Positions 1 through 9,708 of a stretch of 64,000 nucleotides of DNA are shown here, in pieces; position 1 is the stretch's first letter, and the number at the start of each line of letters is the position of its first letter. This stretch comes from a virus (lineage: Duplodnaviria > Heunggongvirae > Uroviricota > Caudoviricetes). The notes beneath the pieces are model-generated. The model was not told the origin of the DNA and did no database searches. It was given only the letters and a program-made list of their open reading frames with translations. Both the position numbers and the translations under genes were made by a program. The stretch lies in the IMG/VR virus record IMGVR_UViG_2778261161_000002. The stretch is one strand, 5' to 3'.

Positions 1-451
1 TTTGCTGCCATGTTTCTTCTTGGTATTTAGGCCGACGCCCACCTATACGACCTTCTGCGCGAGCTGCATCAAGTCCAGCGCGTGTACGTTCAACGATAAG
101 CTCACGTTCCATTTCTGCCAGCGCCCCCATTACGTGAAAGAAAAAGCGCCCCATTGGTGTACTGGTGTCGATGGAGTCAGTGAGACTCCGGAAGTTAATG
201 CCTCTGTCACGCAGCTCTTCCACCAGCACAACTAAGTGACGCATGCTGCGCCCAAGACGATCTAACTTCCATACGACTAGGGTGTCACCTCTGGAAAGCA
301 TACGGAGAACCTTTTTTAACCCTGGGCGTTCAGCCTTTTTGCCGCTCGCCTTATCCTCAAAAATTAGCTCACATCCTGCGCTTTCAAGGGCGTTTCGTTG
401 TAAAGCGGTGTTTTGGTCATTAGTTGATACGCGAATGTATCCAATAAGCAT
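1..451 (-). CDS. Serine DNA invertase (Cin/Gin/Pin/Hin family), 3' end beyond window
   Basis: Reverse-strand translation from ATG at 451..449 gives MLIGYIRVSTNDQNTALQRNALESAGCELIFEDKASGKKAERPGLKKVLRMLSRGDTLVVWKLDRLGRSMRHLVVLVEELRDRGINFRSLTDSIDTSTPMGRFFFHVMGALAEMERELIVERTRAG, near-identical in pattern to Pin/Gin. Confidence 0.9.
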   Translation of the reverse strand, partial: MLIGYIRVSTNDQNTALQRNALESAGCELIFEDKASGKKAERPGLKKVLRMLSRGDTLVVWKLDRLGRSMRHLVVLVEELRDRGINFRSLTDSIDTSTPMGRFFFHVMGALAEMERELIVERTRAGLDAARAEGRIGGRRPKYQEETWQQ

Positions 452-556
452 ATGTCCCCCCTTGTATGTTAAGGGGGGAGATTTTAGAAGATGTCCTGTA
501 AGGAAATAACAAACTGACTAAGTTAGTGGCGCATTAGATGTTATTTCTGGAGGGGT

Positions 557-883
557 ATGTTTGCAGATTATGAAAATCTGGCTGTAGTAGTCATAACATC
601 CCTACTAAGTGGAACCGGCGTATTCCTTCTCGGAGTTAGAGACGGGCGCATTTCTGCGTCCCTGCTCAATCTTGCGAGTGAATTGTTTACTGCGGTAACA
701 GCCGGGCTTGCGGGGTATGGGGTGGCGGTTAGCCAAGAATGGCCTGAAGGTATCATTTTCTGCGTTGTTCTGATTGCCAGTAACAACGGTAGTGAAATTT
801 TACAGGGCTTGAAGTCCAGAGCTAGTAACGTCTTGAATCTCTTAAGCGTAATAGCGAATGGGGGAAAAGGTGGAGAGAAATAA
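557..883 (+). CDS. Putative holin (LydA-like by size and position), 108 aa, three hydrophobic segments
   Basis: ORF track; hydrophobic segments VVVITSLLSGTGVFLLGV, LFTAVTAGLAGYGVAV, IIFCVVLIASN; first gene of operon divergent from invertase. Confidence 0.4.
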   Translation: MFADYENLAVVVITSLLSGTGVFLLGVRDGRISASLLNLASELFTAVTAGLAGYGVAVSQEWPEGIIFCVVLIASNNGSEILQGLKSRASNVLNLLSVIANGGKGGEK

Positions 884-1329
884 TGGGTAACTTTGGAAAT
901 TATTTCATTTTTATCATGGCATTTGTTGCCATCATTGACCGTTTCATTTTTCGTCGCAAGAGTGTTGAGATTTTGAGTATTGGTGACGCTGTAGTGAAAG
1001 AATCCGCTATAGCATTTCCTGTTTCGCTACGTGTTAAGCGAAGCTGGGTCAGCAATGCTCAAATCGAATATTGGTTGCAAGACCTGAAAAATCCATCTGT
1101 GGTTATTTCAGGGAAAACGCGACCAGTTGACGCCTCAAAACGCGGTGAGAGAGAAGAGTATTTGCTCATCGATACGAAATATCTTGAGCCAACGAAGTGG
1201 GATCTGAAAGTCACATTGACTAACGGTAACTGCCGACTGAATCCGCTTTATCGCATTTTCCCTATCAATGACTGCATAGAGCGCCAGTTTACGATCGAAA
1301 AGCGTGAAGGAGACTGGGATGTCAAATAA
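883..1329 (+). CDS. Hypothetical protein (LydB-like position), 148 aa
   Basis: ORF track; start overlaps stop of upstream ORF (ATGA coupling). Confidence 0.35.
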   Translation: MGNFGNYFIFIMAFVAIIDRFIFRRKSVEILSIGDAVVKESAIAFPVSLRVKRSWVSNAQIEYWLQDLKNPSVVISGKTRPVDASKRGEREEYLLIDTKYLEPTKWDLKVTLTNGNCRLNPLYRIFPINDCIERQFTIEKREGDWDVK

Positions 1330-1939
1330 GAATAATTATGTTCTTCTTAATTATGCTGAATTAAACGAAAAGGGGCTGGCAAAACTCGTCAAAGAAATCA
1401 GCAAAGGTGGTTACAAGATAGCGAGGGTGATCCCTGCAAGTAATGGCAGGAAGAAAGATGGGATCATGACGCGCACGTTTACCCTTATTGGTATTGATGA
1501 ACAGACAATGGAAGTTCAGGTTAACGATACCGGCGATATATCTGGGATCAAACTGAATGGTAAAACAGTACCGTTCAAGCCAGTAAAAACAATGTCGGCT
1601 TTGGGGCAATCTCTTGCGGCTTTATTTAATCGCGGAGCAACTTCTTTCCAGAAGTCATTAGCTCGAAAACTTGCTCGTGCAGCAAAAAATATTGATGACG
1701 GAAATAAGAAGCGGCAGGGAGTTAAATCTAACGCTCAGAAATTAGCTGAAGCGAAAGAATCACGTGATGCACTCCGTGAAGATATCGCTAATGCTAACGA
1801 CAAACTGTCTAAACTCCAGAGCAAGTCAGACAAAGTAATGCAAGATACGGGTAACGTTAAAGCTGCCTTGTCTCAGGAAGTAGCTAAGACACGTGCTCTT
1901 AAAGAAGAAATCGCGCGTCTGGAGGATGAGCATGATTAA
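1319..1939 (+). CDS. Hypothetical coiled-coil protein of dar-like operon
   Basis: ORF track; start moved to ATG at 1319 preceded by AAGGAG; K/A/E-rich coiled-coil C-terminus. Confidence 0.5.
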   Translation: MSNKNNYVLLNYAELNEKGLAKLVKEISKGGYKIARVIPASNGRKKDGIMTRTFTLIGIDEQTMEVQVNDTGDISGIKLNGKTVPFKPVKTMSALGQSLAALFNRGATSFQKSLARKLARAAKNIDDGNKKRQGVKSNAQKLAEAKESRDALREDIANANDKLSKLQSKSDKVMQDTGNVKAALSQEVAKTRALKEEIARLEDEHD

Positions 1940-3875
1940 CAATCCTTTACGAATTAATATTCAGTCTACTTTTGCTGATACGATCCCCGGCTATATGCCA
2001 AGTCGCTGGTCTTCAGAAGAATTAAGCGAAGATGACCTGATTTTTGAGGCGGCGACCTTAGAAGATATTGAGCTTGCCTATATGGGCAATGAAATTCTGG
2101 TTGTGTCTGACGAAGCTATGTTTGAGTCCATAACTACAACCAGAATTCGGTTAGCTCAAACAATGCGAGCTTTCGTCCGTGCGCTGAATCGTGGCCTGAA
2201 TGGTACGAATATTATGGCAGGGACTGATGAAGCTGGGACCGATGAAAATGGACGTAATTGTATTGGTGGTGCGATTATCGGTCGTGTACGTCGGGTAGCT
2301 AATATCCCTGTTTTGACCGCGCAGATACCGCTTACTGACGGGCAGAGTACAAGCATAATTTTCCACTCTCCAACAGCTGACGGGGCAAAAATAAAGAGTA
2401 ACGACGAGCTTGTTGCATTTCAGTTTTTACTTAATAAGCGTAACGTAACTCACGTTGTCGCCCCGATTGGTGGGAGAGATGTTTCTTTAAGCCAGGTATG
2501 CCAGGCGCTATCTAATTTGATTGAGCGTAACAGCGAAAAATTTAAGAAAGCAAAAGAGCGCCAGGACAAAATGAAGGCAGATATTGAGAGTTATCTCAAT
2601 GAAGCAGATAAACTGGCAGAAGAACGGTCAATAATGATTGATCAGGTGGACGTTGCGCAACGTGGGCTGACTGAAAAGCGTGCTGCTCTTACGGAGATGC
2701 AAAAAAAACTTGATGCCCAGAAAGCTATCAATGAGGAATTACAAGCAAAACGCGATAAATTGTTGTCTGCTAAAGGTGAAAAAACGAAAGAACGAGCGTT
2801 TAGTGACCAGCTGCGACATGTAAAACATAATCTTGCCATTGACGGAAAAACAGTGCTTGATAATGGCGCTGAAGTTAATTATGTCACGTCCGGCAGTGAC
2901 AATTTCGTTACGATAGTAGCACCTGAAGGTAAATTCAGTATTGATGCCAGTGCTGTCAAAGGAGGCAGTTTGGCAGATGCTGCAACCAAATTACTTAAAG
3001 CCTACCGAGAGCATAACGCAGATAAATATAAAGTTGATGTGTTACCAGGCCAGTTGGAAGACTCCGAACCACCACAGACAGACCCCGAAACGAACCCAGT
3101 ATTACAACCAGAGAGCCAAGATGTAGGTGAATACCACTATGCACTTCAATCTCGCCCGGCTGGTGTTGGTGCTGTTCCGGATGGAAATAAAGCCGTGCTT
3201 GATCGTCCTGACCAGGCTGATCAGTATTACGAATATGCTCGTCACGGTATCATTACGTATGACCGTAAACTGACAGATGAAGAAGTCAGCCAGTACGAGT
3301 TGCTTTATCTTCCTGATGAAGATGAGCTGAAAGATTTTGCAGGCCAATTGGTTGCGTCCAGCATGTCGAAACATATTGATGGCTATGTGGACCTGTTTGG
3401 CAGTGACCTGAAAACATTCAAGGCGCAAGTGAAAATTCTTTTCCGCAAAGCGTTTCCAAACGTGGCGTATCCACTTAGTGATGGGGAGAACCTTTTCATT
3501 ATGGACGTGTATAACGCCCTTCAAAATCATTCAAGCGAAGTAAAAACAGAGCATGTGGTTGAGCCAGAATCACAACCACAACCACAACCACAACCACAAC
3601 CAGCACCAGAACAGGAGTCGGAGCCAGAAGAAGCGGGTGAATCAGCAAGTGAAGCTGATCAGGAAGCAGATAAAGCGCTGGAGTACCTGAAATCCGTGCC
3701 GGAGCAGTTTACATCCCGCGATCTGACGGTCATCAGTGCTGAACTTGATCATGTGCAGGAAGCAGCAAACGCTCTAATCAGTGCAGGTCGATACGACGAG
3801 AACGAAGCCACTGTGGGTGCAGCAGTTGACTACCTGATCAATATTCTGGCTGAAATTCAGCAGGGAGGTGTTTAA
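1932..3875 (+). CDS. Large acidic protein with (QP)n linker, DarA-like by size and synteny
   Basis: ORF track; GGAGG upstream of ATG 1932; internal ESQPQPQPQPQPAPEQESEPEE linker; about 650 aa. Confidence 0.4.
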   Translation: MINNPLRINIQSTFADTIPGYMPSRWSSEELSEDDLIFEAATLEDIELAYMGNEILVVSDEAMFESITTTRIRLAQTMRAFVRALNRGLNGTNIMAGTDEAGTDENGRNCIGGAIIGRVRRVANIPVLTAQIPLTDGQSTSIIFHSPTADGAKIKSNDELVAFQFLLNKRNVTHVVAPIGGRDVSLSQVCQALSNLIERNSEKFKKAKERQDKMKADIESYLNEADKLAEERSIMIDQVDVAQRGLTEKRAALTEMQKKLDAQKAINEELQAKRDKLLSAKGEKTKERAFSDQLRHVKHNLAIDGKTVLDNGAEVNYVTSGSDNFVTIVAPEGKFSIDASAVKGGSLADAATKLLKAYREHNADKYKVDVLPGQLEDSEPPQTDPETNPVLQPESQDVGEYHYALQSRPAGVGAVPDGNKAVLDRPDQADQYYEYARHGIITYDRKLTDEEVSQYELLYLPDEDELKDFAGQLVASSMSKHIDGYVDLFGSDLKTFKAQVKILFRKAFPNVAYPLSDGENLFIMDVYNALQNHSSEVKTEHVVEPESQPQPQPQPQPAPEQESEPEEAGESASEADQEADKALEYLKSVPEQFTSRDLTVISAELDHVQEAANALISAGRYDENEATVGAAVDYLINILAEIQQGGV

Positions 3876-4243
3876 TGACCATCTCTGTTTTAGACCGCCT
3901 GAAATTAGGTAAAGAGCTATCAGATCTAATGCAGGCGCAGAAAACTGCGCCAGTATTGCAACGCGTCACCATTGGTAAGCAGATTGTTGATGTGATGCTG
4001 AAATTGGGCCTGGGGACTGCCGCGCAACCGGCAGCGGAACCGCAACAACAGGCTGATCCTGTTGTAGATGAAGTCCCTAAGATAGTGACTGACTTCCTGG
4101 GCGGTGTGTTCACAAAGTCCACACAAATGGAATTTATTGATGCGCTGCGTGGGATCTCAAACTATGTTGGCGAGTTCCTTACGTTGGAGCAGGCTAAAGA
4201 GCAGACCATAAGCTGGGTGAAAGCTAACGGTTATGCCGGGTAA
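3875..4243 (+). CDS. Hypothetical protein, 122 aa (DdrA-like position)
   Basis: ORF track; ATGA overlap with upstream gene. Confidence 0.4.
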   Translation: MTISVLDRLKLGKELSDLMQAQKTAPVLQRVTIGKQIVDVMLKLGLGTAAQPAAEPQQQADPVVDEVPKIVTDFLGGVFTKSTQMEFIDALRGISNYVGEFLTLEQAKEQTISWVKANGYAG

Positions 4244-4249
4244 TCAAAA

Positions 4250-4268
4250 GGGGCTGAAATGCCCCTTT
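4250..4268 (+). terminator. Hairpin AGGGGC-tgaaat-GCCCCT after operon segment
   Basis: Inverted repeat read directly; weak T-run. Confidence 0.4.
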
Positions 4269-4325
4269 CACTTATCTGTTCTCACATAAATCACACACTT
4301 TTTACACTCACAGCTTTCTCTATAG

Positions 4326-5723
4326 TTGGAGTGTATTTTGAACAAATCAGTTACTTCTGCGCTTTCCGAGGCCGCAGATATTAACAGCGTCATTGCTCTG
4401 GTTTCTTCATTAGAGAGGAAAGAAACACACCTGGGGCGAAGTAGCTACGTAGTCACCAGCAAAGGTGCAGAGGTAAAGACGGCTTTTAAGGTCGTTGATG
4501 CCAGCAGTCTGATCATTTCGAACAACCTTGACGGTACGATTAACCCGGCCTTCCCGGAAGAACTCCAACCACGAGATCGTACCCGGCTATCCAGCAAACT
4601 CCAGGTTAACCGTATTGCCTCCAATTTACGCCCGGCACAATTAACGGATTCCGGTATGAGCAGCCACGGAGCGCCTATAGTTGGTCCGGACAACGTTGTT
4701 GAATCCGGCAACGGAAGGAGTATGGGTATCTGGCGTGCCTATGAGCAAGGACAGGCGGATGAGTATCGCCAGTACCTGATCGACCATGCGAAAGAGTTTG
4801 GTCTGAATCCTGACGAAATTTCGCAAATGTCTATGCCCGTACTGGTGCGAGAAAGACTCACAGATGTAGACCGCGCTCAATTTGCCCGCGATTCAAACAT
4901 TAGCGATCTGCAAGAGATGGCAGCAAGTGAAAAAGCGTATGCGGATGCGCAATTTCTCACTGAGAGCGTCATGGCGCTATTTAATCCTTCAGATGATGGA
5001 AATCTGCTGGCGCGGTCCAATGATGCGTTTATTCGTGCGTTTTTGCGCGAAATTGGCGATACAGCGACGGCAGGCTTGCTTACTGCCGATGGGCGTCCCA
5101 CGAAACAGCTTATCGATCGCATCCAGAATGCAATTTTTGCCAAAGCGTACAAGGATGAAAGGCTTGTTCGGCTGGTGTCGGAAGAGCCAGATCCGGAAAT
5201 GCGTAATATCCTGACCGCATTAAATACGGCAGCCAGCGATTTTGCGCAAATGCAGTCGCTGTCTGGCGACGCTCACCATGACGCAGTAACAGGCTTAGTG
5301 GACGGTATAGAGCAGGTTAATGGCCTGGATACACAGGCGATAGCAGCACTCCAGGAAGCAATTAATCTTGTACGTGAAGCCAAAGACAACGGTCAGGCCG
5401 TTGAAGAAGTGATCGCCCAAAGGGGGTTATTCGGCGACAGTACACCGGAAGCTGAGGCATTGGCGCTATTCATCGTAGCAAATAATCGCAGTGCGAAGCG
5501 TATGGGGGCAGCATTCAAAAAAATGGCGCAAAAAATCAACGACGAGCTGACTCATAAACAACAGGCATTGGGCGATATGTTCGGCGGTGGCGATGTTGAT
5601 CTGCGTCGTATTTTGTCTGCTGTATCTGATGAAATTGAGGGTGAATTTGGCGAAGGGAAAGGTCTGAACTTTGCTATGTTTGAAAATTCTACGGATCTAA
5701 ATAATTGCCGTACGGAAAACTAA
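4326..5723 (+). CDS. ParB/sulfiredoxin-like nuclease-domain protein, 465 aa
   Basis: N-terminal region ELQPRDRTRLSSKLQVNRIASNLRPAQL ... VVESGNGRSMGIWRAY resembles ParB N-terminal domain; non-ATG (TTG) start implied by ORF track. Confidence 0.45.
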   Translation: MECILNKSVTSALSEAADINSVIALVSSLERKETHLGRSSYVVTSKGAEVKTAFKVVDASSLIISNNLDGTINPAFPEELQPRDRTRLSSKLQVNRIASNLRPAQLTDSGMSSHGAPIVGPDNVVESGNGRSMGIWRAYEQGQADEYRQYLIDHAKEFGLNPDEISQMSMPVLVRERLTDVDRAQFARDSNISDLQEMAASEKAYADAQFLTESVMALFNPSDDGNLLARSNDAFIRAFLREIGDTATAGLLTADGRPTKQLIDRIQNAIFAKAYKDERLVRLVSEEPDPEMRNILTALNTAASDFAQMQSLSGDAHHDAVTGLVDGIEQVNGLDTQAIAALQEAINLVREAKDNGQAVEEVIAQRGLFGDSTPEAEALALFIVANNRSAKRMGAAFKKMAQKINDELTHKQQALGDMFGGGDVDLRRILSAVSDEIEGEFGEGKGLNFAMFENSTDLNNCRTEN

Positions 5724-5787
5724 ACCAACCGCTGAAATCACATACTGATTATGCTGCCGCAAAACTGGAAACGATTTGCGGTGATTC

Positions 5788-7470
5788 ATGGCAACGAAAG
5801 ACAAAAACAAAGGCTTTCTGTCAGCATTGAAGAAAGCCTTCAACGGTGGTGATGTTACGCCCGCCGATCCGGTCGTTTTTACGAGCGGACATAGTGTCGT
5901 TGCTCGTTCCGGCCTGTCTGCTTTACGTCCAGGCATCCTGGGGAGCAATAGCGATGGCATGACGAGTGAGGCAGATTCAATTTCTTTATCCGCTGAACTG
6001 CCCGGCGAGCGCCTGCAAAAGTACAACATCCTGGAAACGATGGCTAAAAGCCCGACTATCTCGACGGCTTTAAACATTCACATTGCACATGCGCTTGCGC
6101 CTTCAAAAAAAACCGGACAGGCATTCATCCTTTCGCCAAAGGATGGTTCCGATGCCGAGGCAGTAAGTAGATGTGAAGAGTTAACCGCTGATTTGGGGGC
6201 GATGATTAATGACGGACTTCCTTCATGGGCCATGATCATGGCGATCTTTGGGGTGTCTTATGTCCGACCTTATGCTGAACAGGGCAGGGGGATAACAGGC
6301 ATTGAGTCCAGTTATTACACTCTGCCACATTTCGTCCAGGAATTTTATCGCGGTAGCCAGCTGGTTGGATTCAGTGGTGATTACATCCTGGATACGCATA
6401 GTTTGCGCAGAGTAATAACCGAACCGTGGAATCTGGTTTCCATGAAAAATCCCTATTGGACGCCACAGCATAAAGTTATTCCGGTTAGCTACGGCACAAA
6501 AGGGTACTCACTGTTAAGTGAGCAGGCTGATAAGCCGTTAATGGAGACGCAGAATTACGGAACTTCATTCCTGGAATACAGCTATGAACCTTACCTTAAT
6601 TTATGTGCTTCGCTCGCCGCGCTGAAATCAACGCGAAATAATGCAGCCAAAATTGACCGCCTGATTGCTCTTACGACGAACACACTGGACCCGGTTAATG
6701 CGGCGAACTATACGCGTGGCGTCAGCCAGGCATTGAAGCGTCATAGTGACCTGGTGGCGCAAAGGTCGATTAATGCCAACGCTATTCCGACTGTGCTTAA
6801 CCATCTGATACCTGTTATGGGAGACGGGAAGAACGGCATCACCATTGATACGCAATCCATACCCGCAGATATCAGTGGTATCGAAGACGTTATGTTTCAC
6901 CTCCGGCAGCTTGCTGCAAGCCTCGGCATTGACGCAACAATGCTTGGCTGGGCTGATCAGATGAGCGGAGGGCTTGGAGAAGGCGGCTGGCAGCAAACTG
7001 CTATCCAGGCTGCATTGCGTGCGAACTGGATCAGACAGGCCGCCCAGCGAACTATTTATCGGCTTCTGGACATTCACCTCGCTTATAAATACGGCAAGGT
7101 TTACACCGAAACAAACCGCCCTTATGACGTGCAATTCAACTCAATGAACACTGCTATCCAGGAAGAGGAAAACCGGGAACTGGATGCACGCGCCAACTTT
7201 GTTGCTGTCATCTCCCAAATTATGGACCAGATCCAGAACAACCCGAAACTGGCTGGTAGTGACGCGTTTATGCGTTATCTGTTCACTGAGCAGTTGCACA
7301 TCGACGATGACACTCTCAACACCATGATCAAAGAGTTTAAGGCGAATGAATCAGAGCAAAACAACGAGCATGGTATGTACGAATCCGCGCCGTTGTCGTC
7401 CGGTGACGATCCGGAAAACTGGACGCCAGAACAGTTAATAAACTTTGCAAAATTTGTGATGAGCAATTAA
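5788..7470 (+). CDS. Hypothetical large protein, 560 aa (possible virion/morphogenesis-associated)
   Basis: ORF track; no motif I can name with certainty. Confidence 0.45.
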   Translation: MATKDKNKGFLSALKKAFNGGDVTPADPVVFTSGHSVVARSGLSALRPGILGSNSDGMTSEADSISLSAELPGERLQKYNILETMAKSPTISTALNIHIAHALAPSKKTGQAFILSPKDGSDAEAVSRCEELTADLGAMINDGLPSWAMIMAIFGVSYVRPYAEQGRGITGIESSYYTLPHFVQEFYRGSQLVGFSGDYILDTHSLRRVITEPWNLVSMKNPYWTPQHKVIPVSYGTKGYSLLSEQADKPLMETQNYGTSFLEYSYEPYLNLCASLAALKSTRNNAAKIDRLIALTTNTLDPVNAANYTRGVSQALKRHSDLVAQRSINANAIPTVLNHLIPVMGDGKNGITIDTQSIPADISGIEDVMFHLRQLAASLGIDATMLGWADQMSGGLGEGGWQQTAIQAALRANWIRQAAQRTIYRLLDIHLAYKYGKVYTETNRPYDVQFNSMNTAIQEEENRELDARANFVAVISQIMDQIQNNPKLAGSDAFMRYLFTEQLHIDDDTLNTMIKEFKANESEQNNEHGMYESAPLSSGDDPENWTPEQLINFAKFVMSN

Positions 7471-7483
7471 CCGGAGGGAAATA

Positions 7484-8482
7484 ATGCAATCACTGAATAC
7501 TGTTACGGATCGCTTCTCCCTGGTAGAGAAAATCCGCAAACACACACCGCAGAACAACCGAAATTATGTCATTCAGTCGGTACGAGACACATTCAACTCG
7601 CCAGAAACAAAAGAGCGTATCGCGCTGGGTGAGATGTATGGTTATTACGGTCATGGTCGCCGGGCGATGCACTATAACAAAACGAAAAGCCTGAACTTGC
7701 CGGAAGTCTCTGTTGTGATGGTAGATGGGAAGCCTGTTGTATTGGAGAACGTGCCGTCAAACAGGACTATCGACATTTCGATTGACGACAACGGCATTGT
7801 TACGCATACGCAGGAAATACTGGATACAGACACCGGGCGTATTGTTCAGGGCATGATTAATTCTGGTGCTGGTGGTTGGTCGTGGGCTACATCTGGTCCA
7901 GATTCATCGGTATCCCTGGTAAAGTCTTTCCACGGCTTTGATTACGTAACTGTGCCTAACTATATCAGCCTCGACAAGAAAAGCCTGATGCTTGAATCAG
8001 CAGAAGAGCGCGATGCGGCTATTCATGCAGCACTTATCGAACAAGGTTTTACCGATAACGCTGCTACGGATCTGGTTCACCACTTTTCAGCAATGAAAAA
8101 TCAGCAAGCCATGCTCGAATCTGCACATCGTGAAGCCCTGGAATCAGAATTGATGCTCCTTGAAGTGGAAAACATACAGCTTCGAGATAAGCTGCGCGCT
8201 CAAACAGCGATGATGGAAAGCCAGGGGGAAAATGCAAAGCAATGCCGCCGGATTTTGCGTGACGCTATCCAGGAAATGCCTGTTTTTATCAGCGCAGAAC
8301 AGCGCCGGGCGCTCTGCCGTATGCAGTCTGAAGATGATGCCCGCATAGTGGCTGCGATGCTTGAATCTCTTGGGGCAAATGCTACTTATGGCTTACCGGT
8401 ATCAGGCAAGAAAGAACCAGAGTTATCACCGAAGGAGAACAAAAACACCACCCCGTTACTCTTCGTTTCTAGAAGGGGGTAA
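7484..8482 (+). CDS. Hypothetical protein, 332 aa
   Basis: ORF track; RBS GGAGGG upstream; coiled-coil C-terminal half. Confidence 0.45.
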   Translation: MQSLNTVTDRFSLVEKIRKHTPQNNRNYVIQSVRDTFNSPETKERIALGEMYGYYGHGRRAMHYNKTKSLNLPEVSVVMVDGKPVVLENVPSNRTIDISIDDNGIVTHTQEILDTDTGRIVQGMINSGAGGWSWATSGPDSSVSLVKSFHGFDYVTVPNYISLDKKSLMLESAEERDAAIHAALIEQGFTDNAATDLVHHFSAMKNQQAMLESAHREALESELMLLEVENIQLRDKLRAQTAMMESQGENAKQCRRILRDAIQEMPVFISAEQRRALCRMQSEDDARIVAAMLESLGANATYGLPVSGKKEPELSPKENKNTTPLLFVSRRG

Positions 8483-8500
8483 TCGCCTTGTTAAGTTAAA

Positions 8501-8509
8501 TTTCTAACA
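8501..8509 (+). promoter_or_regulatory. Operator-like motif TTTCTAACA (copy 1)
   Basis: aaaTTTCTAACAtagtg upstream of ORF 8683. Confidence 0.5.
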
Positions 8510-8599
8510 TAGTGTATTTATATACACTGTTGATCCTGGTGGATGGGATCGAGTAGGATCGCGGTCACTGCTCCGGTAGCGACTGCCAAAAAAGCAAAA

Positions 8600-8620
8600 G
8601 CCGCTGAGAAGCGGCTTTTT
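8600..8620 (+). terminator. Rho-independent terminator GCCGC-tgagaa-GCGGC + T5
   Basis: Hairpin plus T-run read directly. Confidence 0.7.
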
Positions 8621-8682
8621 GGGTGTATAAATCCACTGCCATAGATTTATACGGTAGATAGATTTTTTCACGGAACTATCTG

Positions 8683-9645
8683 GTGAGTATTTTAAATTCA
8701 GTTTCAGTAACTTTCAACACTTCTGAGTATAAAAACAACACTGAATACCACAAAAAAATCAAAGGTCATCAGTTGAGTTTTTTTGCTCGTCATAGCGGTC
8801 TTCTTTCCCCTTCACATAGCGCCATTATTGCCGAGTTCGCCAACCTGGCAGGGTCTACCGATGAATACATGATCCGTCGCTCATATGCTGATATGTCCGA
8901 GATTACAGGACGCAGCATTTCTACTGTGCGCCGGGCATTTGCTGAAGCGACGAAGTGCGGAATGCTTGTTAAGCAACATCAGGTAGCGAATAACAATGCC
9001 CAGGTGTGTAACGTATATCGGTTTACGACACAATTTCTCCACTTCATTCATGTAGCAATGGAGATAGGGGGTAAGCAGGGCATCAAATTTGCCAACGCCA
9101 CAAAGCTGGTTAAGCAATTGATTTCAAAGGTACGTTATTTTTTTGAAACTGGGAACCCCCTGTTCAAATTGAACAAGTCCCCCCATGTTCAAAATGAACA
9201 GCCAATAGAAAATAAGAGTCACTCTATAGCCAAAAGAAGAGAAAGATCATGCGCGGTTCAGCCAAAGGCTTCACCAGCAGATAGTACTCAAGCGGATAAT
9301 GGGGGACTGGATAAAAAAACAGTAATCAGGGAAGAACATACCAACCACTGCCTGGCGGCGGCAAAAGCGAGAGCTGCAAAGCGTCGTTCAGACGAGGGGC
9401 ACGCAAAACGGCAGGCTCTGTATCGTACCGCTGAAAAGCTGGCAAAAAAATTTGCATGGATACGTAGTGCCGCTACCGCAGTGAATAAGCCTAAACAATC
9501 CAGTGCCCTGGATTTCTCAATGGATTATTCTGGCTCCCAGGGGTGTGTAACCATTGGTGAAGCCTTTGACCTGATGAAACAACGTGGCTATCGGTCTGAA
9601 TTTGACCGGGAGGATTGGTCAATCCCTGCGGGATTTAGGGGATGA
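8683..9645 (+). CDS. HTH DNA-binding protein, possible replication initiator (RepL-like position)
   Basis: HTH-like segment MSEITGRSISTVRRAFAEATKCGMLVKQ; operator-like motif upstream; palindromic repeats inside ORF. Confidence 0.35.
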   Translation: MSILNSVSVTFNTSEYKNNTEYHKKIKGHQLSFFARHSGLLSPSHSAIIAEFANLAGSTDEYMIRRSYADMSEITGRSISTVRRAFAEATKCGMLVKQHQVANNNAQVCNVYRFTTQFLHFIHVAMEIGGKQGIKFANATKLVKQLISKVRYFFETGNPLFKLNKSPHVQNEQPIENKSHSIAKRRERSCAVQPKASPADSTQADNGGLDKKTVIREEHTNHCLAAAKARAAKRRSDEGHAKRQALYRTAEKLAKKFAWIRSAATAVNKPKQSSALDFSMDYSGSQGCVTIGEAFDLMKQRGYRSEFDREDWSIPAGFRG

Positions 9646-9699
9646 CCTGTGTGTCTACAAAGCATCCCAATGATCGGAAAATGCTCGCTCGATGATTTG

Positions 9700-9708
9700 T
9701 GTTAGAAA
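9700..9708 (-). promoter_or_regulatory. Operator-like motif (copy 2, reverse orientation)
   Basis: ttgTGTTAGAAAAtt upstream of first immI-like module. Confidence 0.5.

Noticed and set aside
452-556. Search for a cix/gix-type 26-bp invertase crossover site upstream of the invertase
   Set aside because: No AAACC...GGTTT-type pseudo-palindrome was found by eye; a site may exist outside the window.
3570-3605. Hexanucleotide repeat (CCACAA)x5, considered as a possible CRISPR or other non-coding repeat
   Set aside because: It is in frame inside the DarA-like ORF and encodes a PQ linker; no spacers or repeat array.
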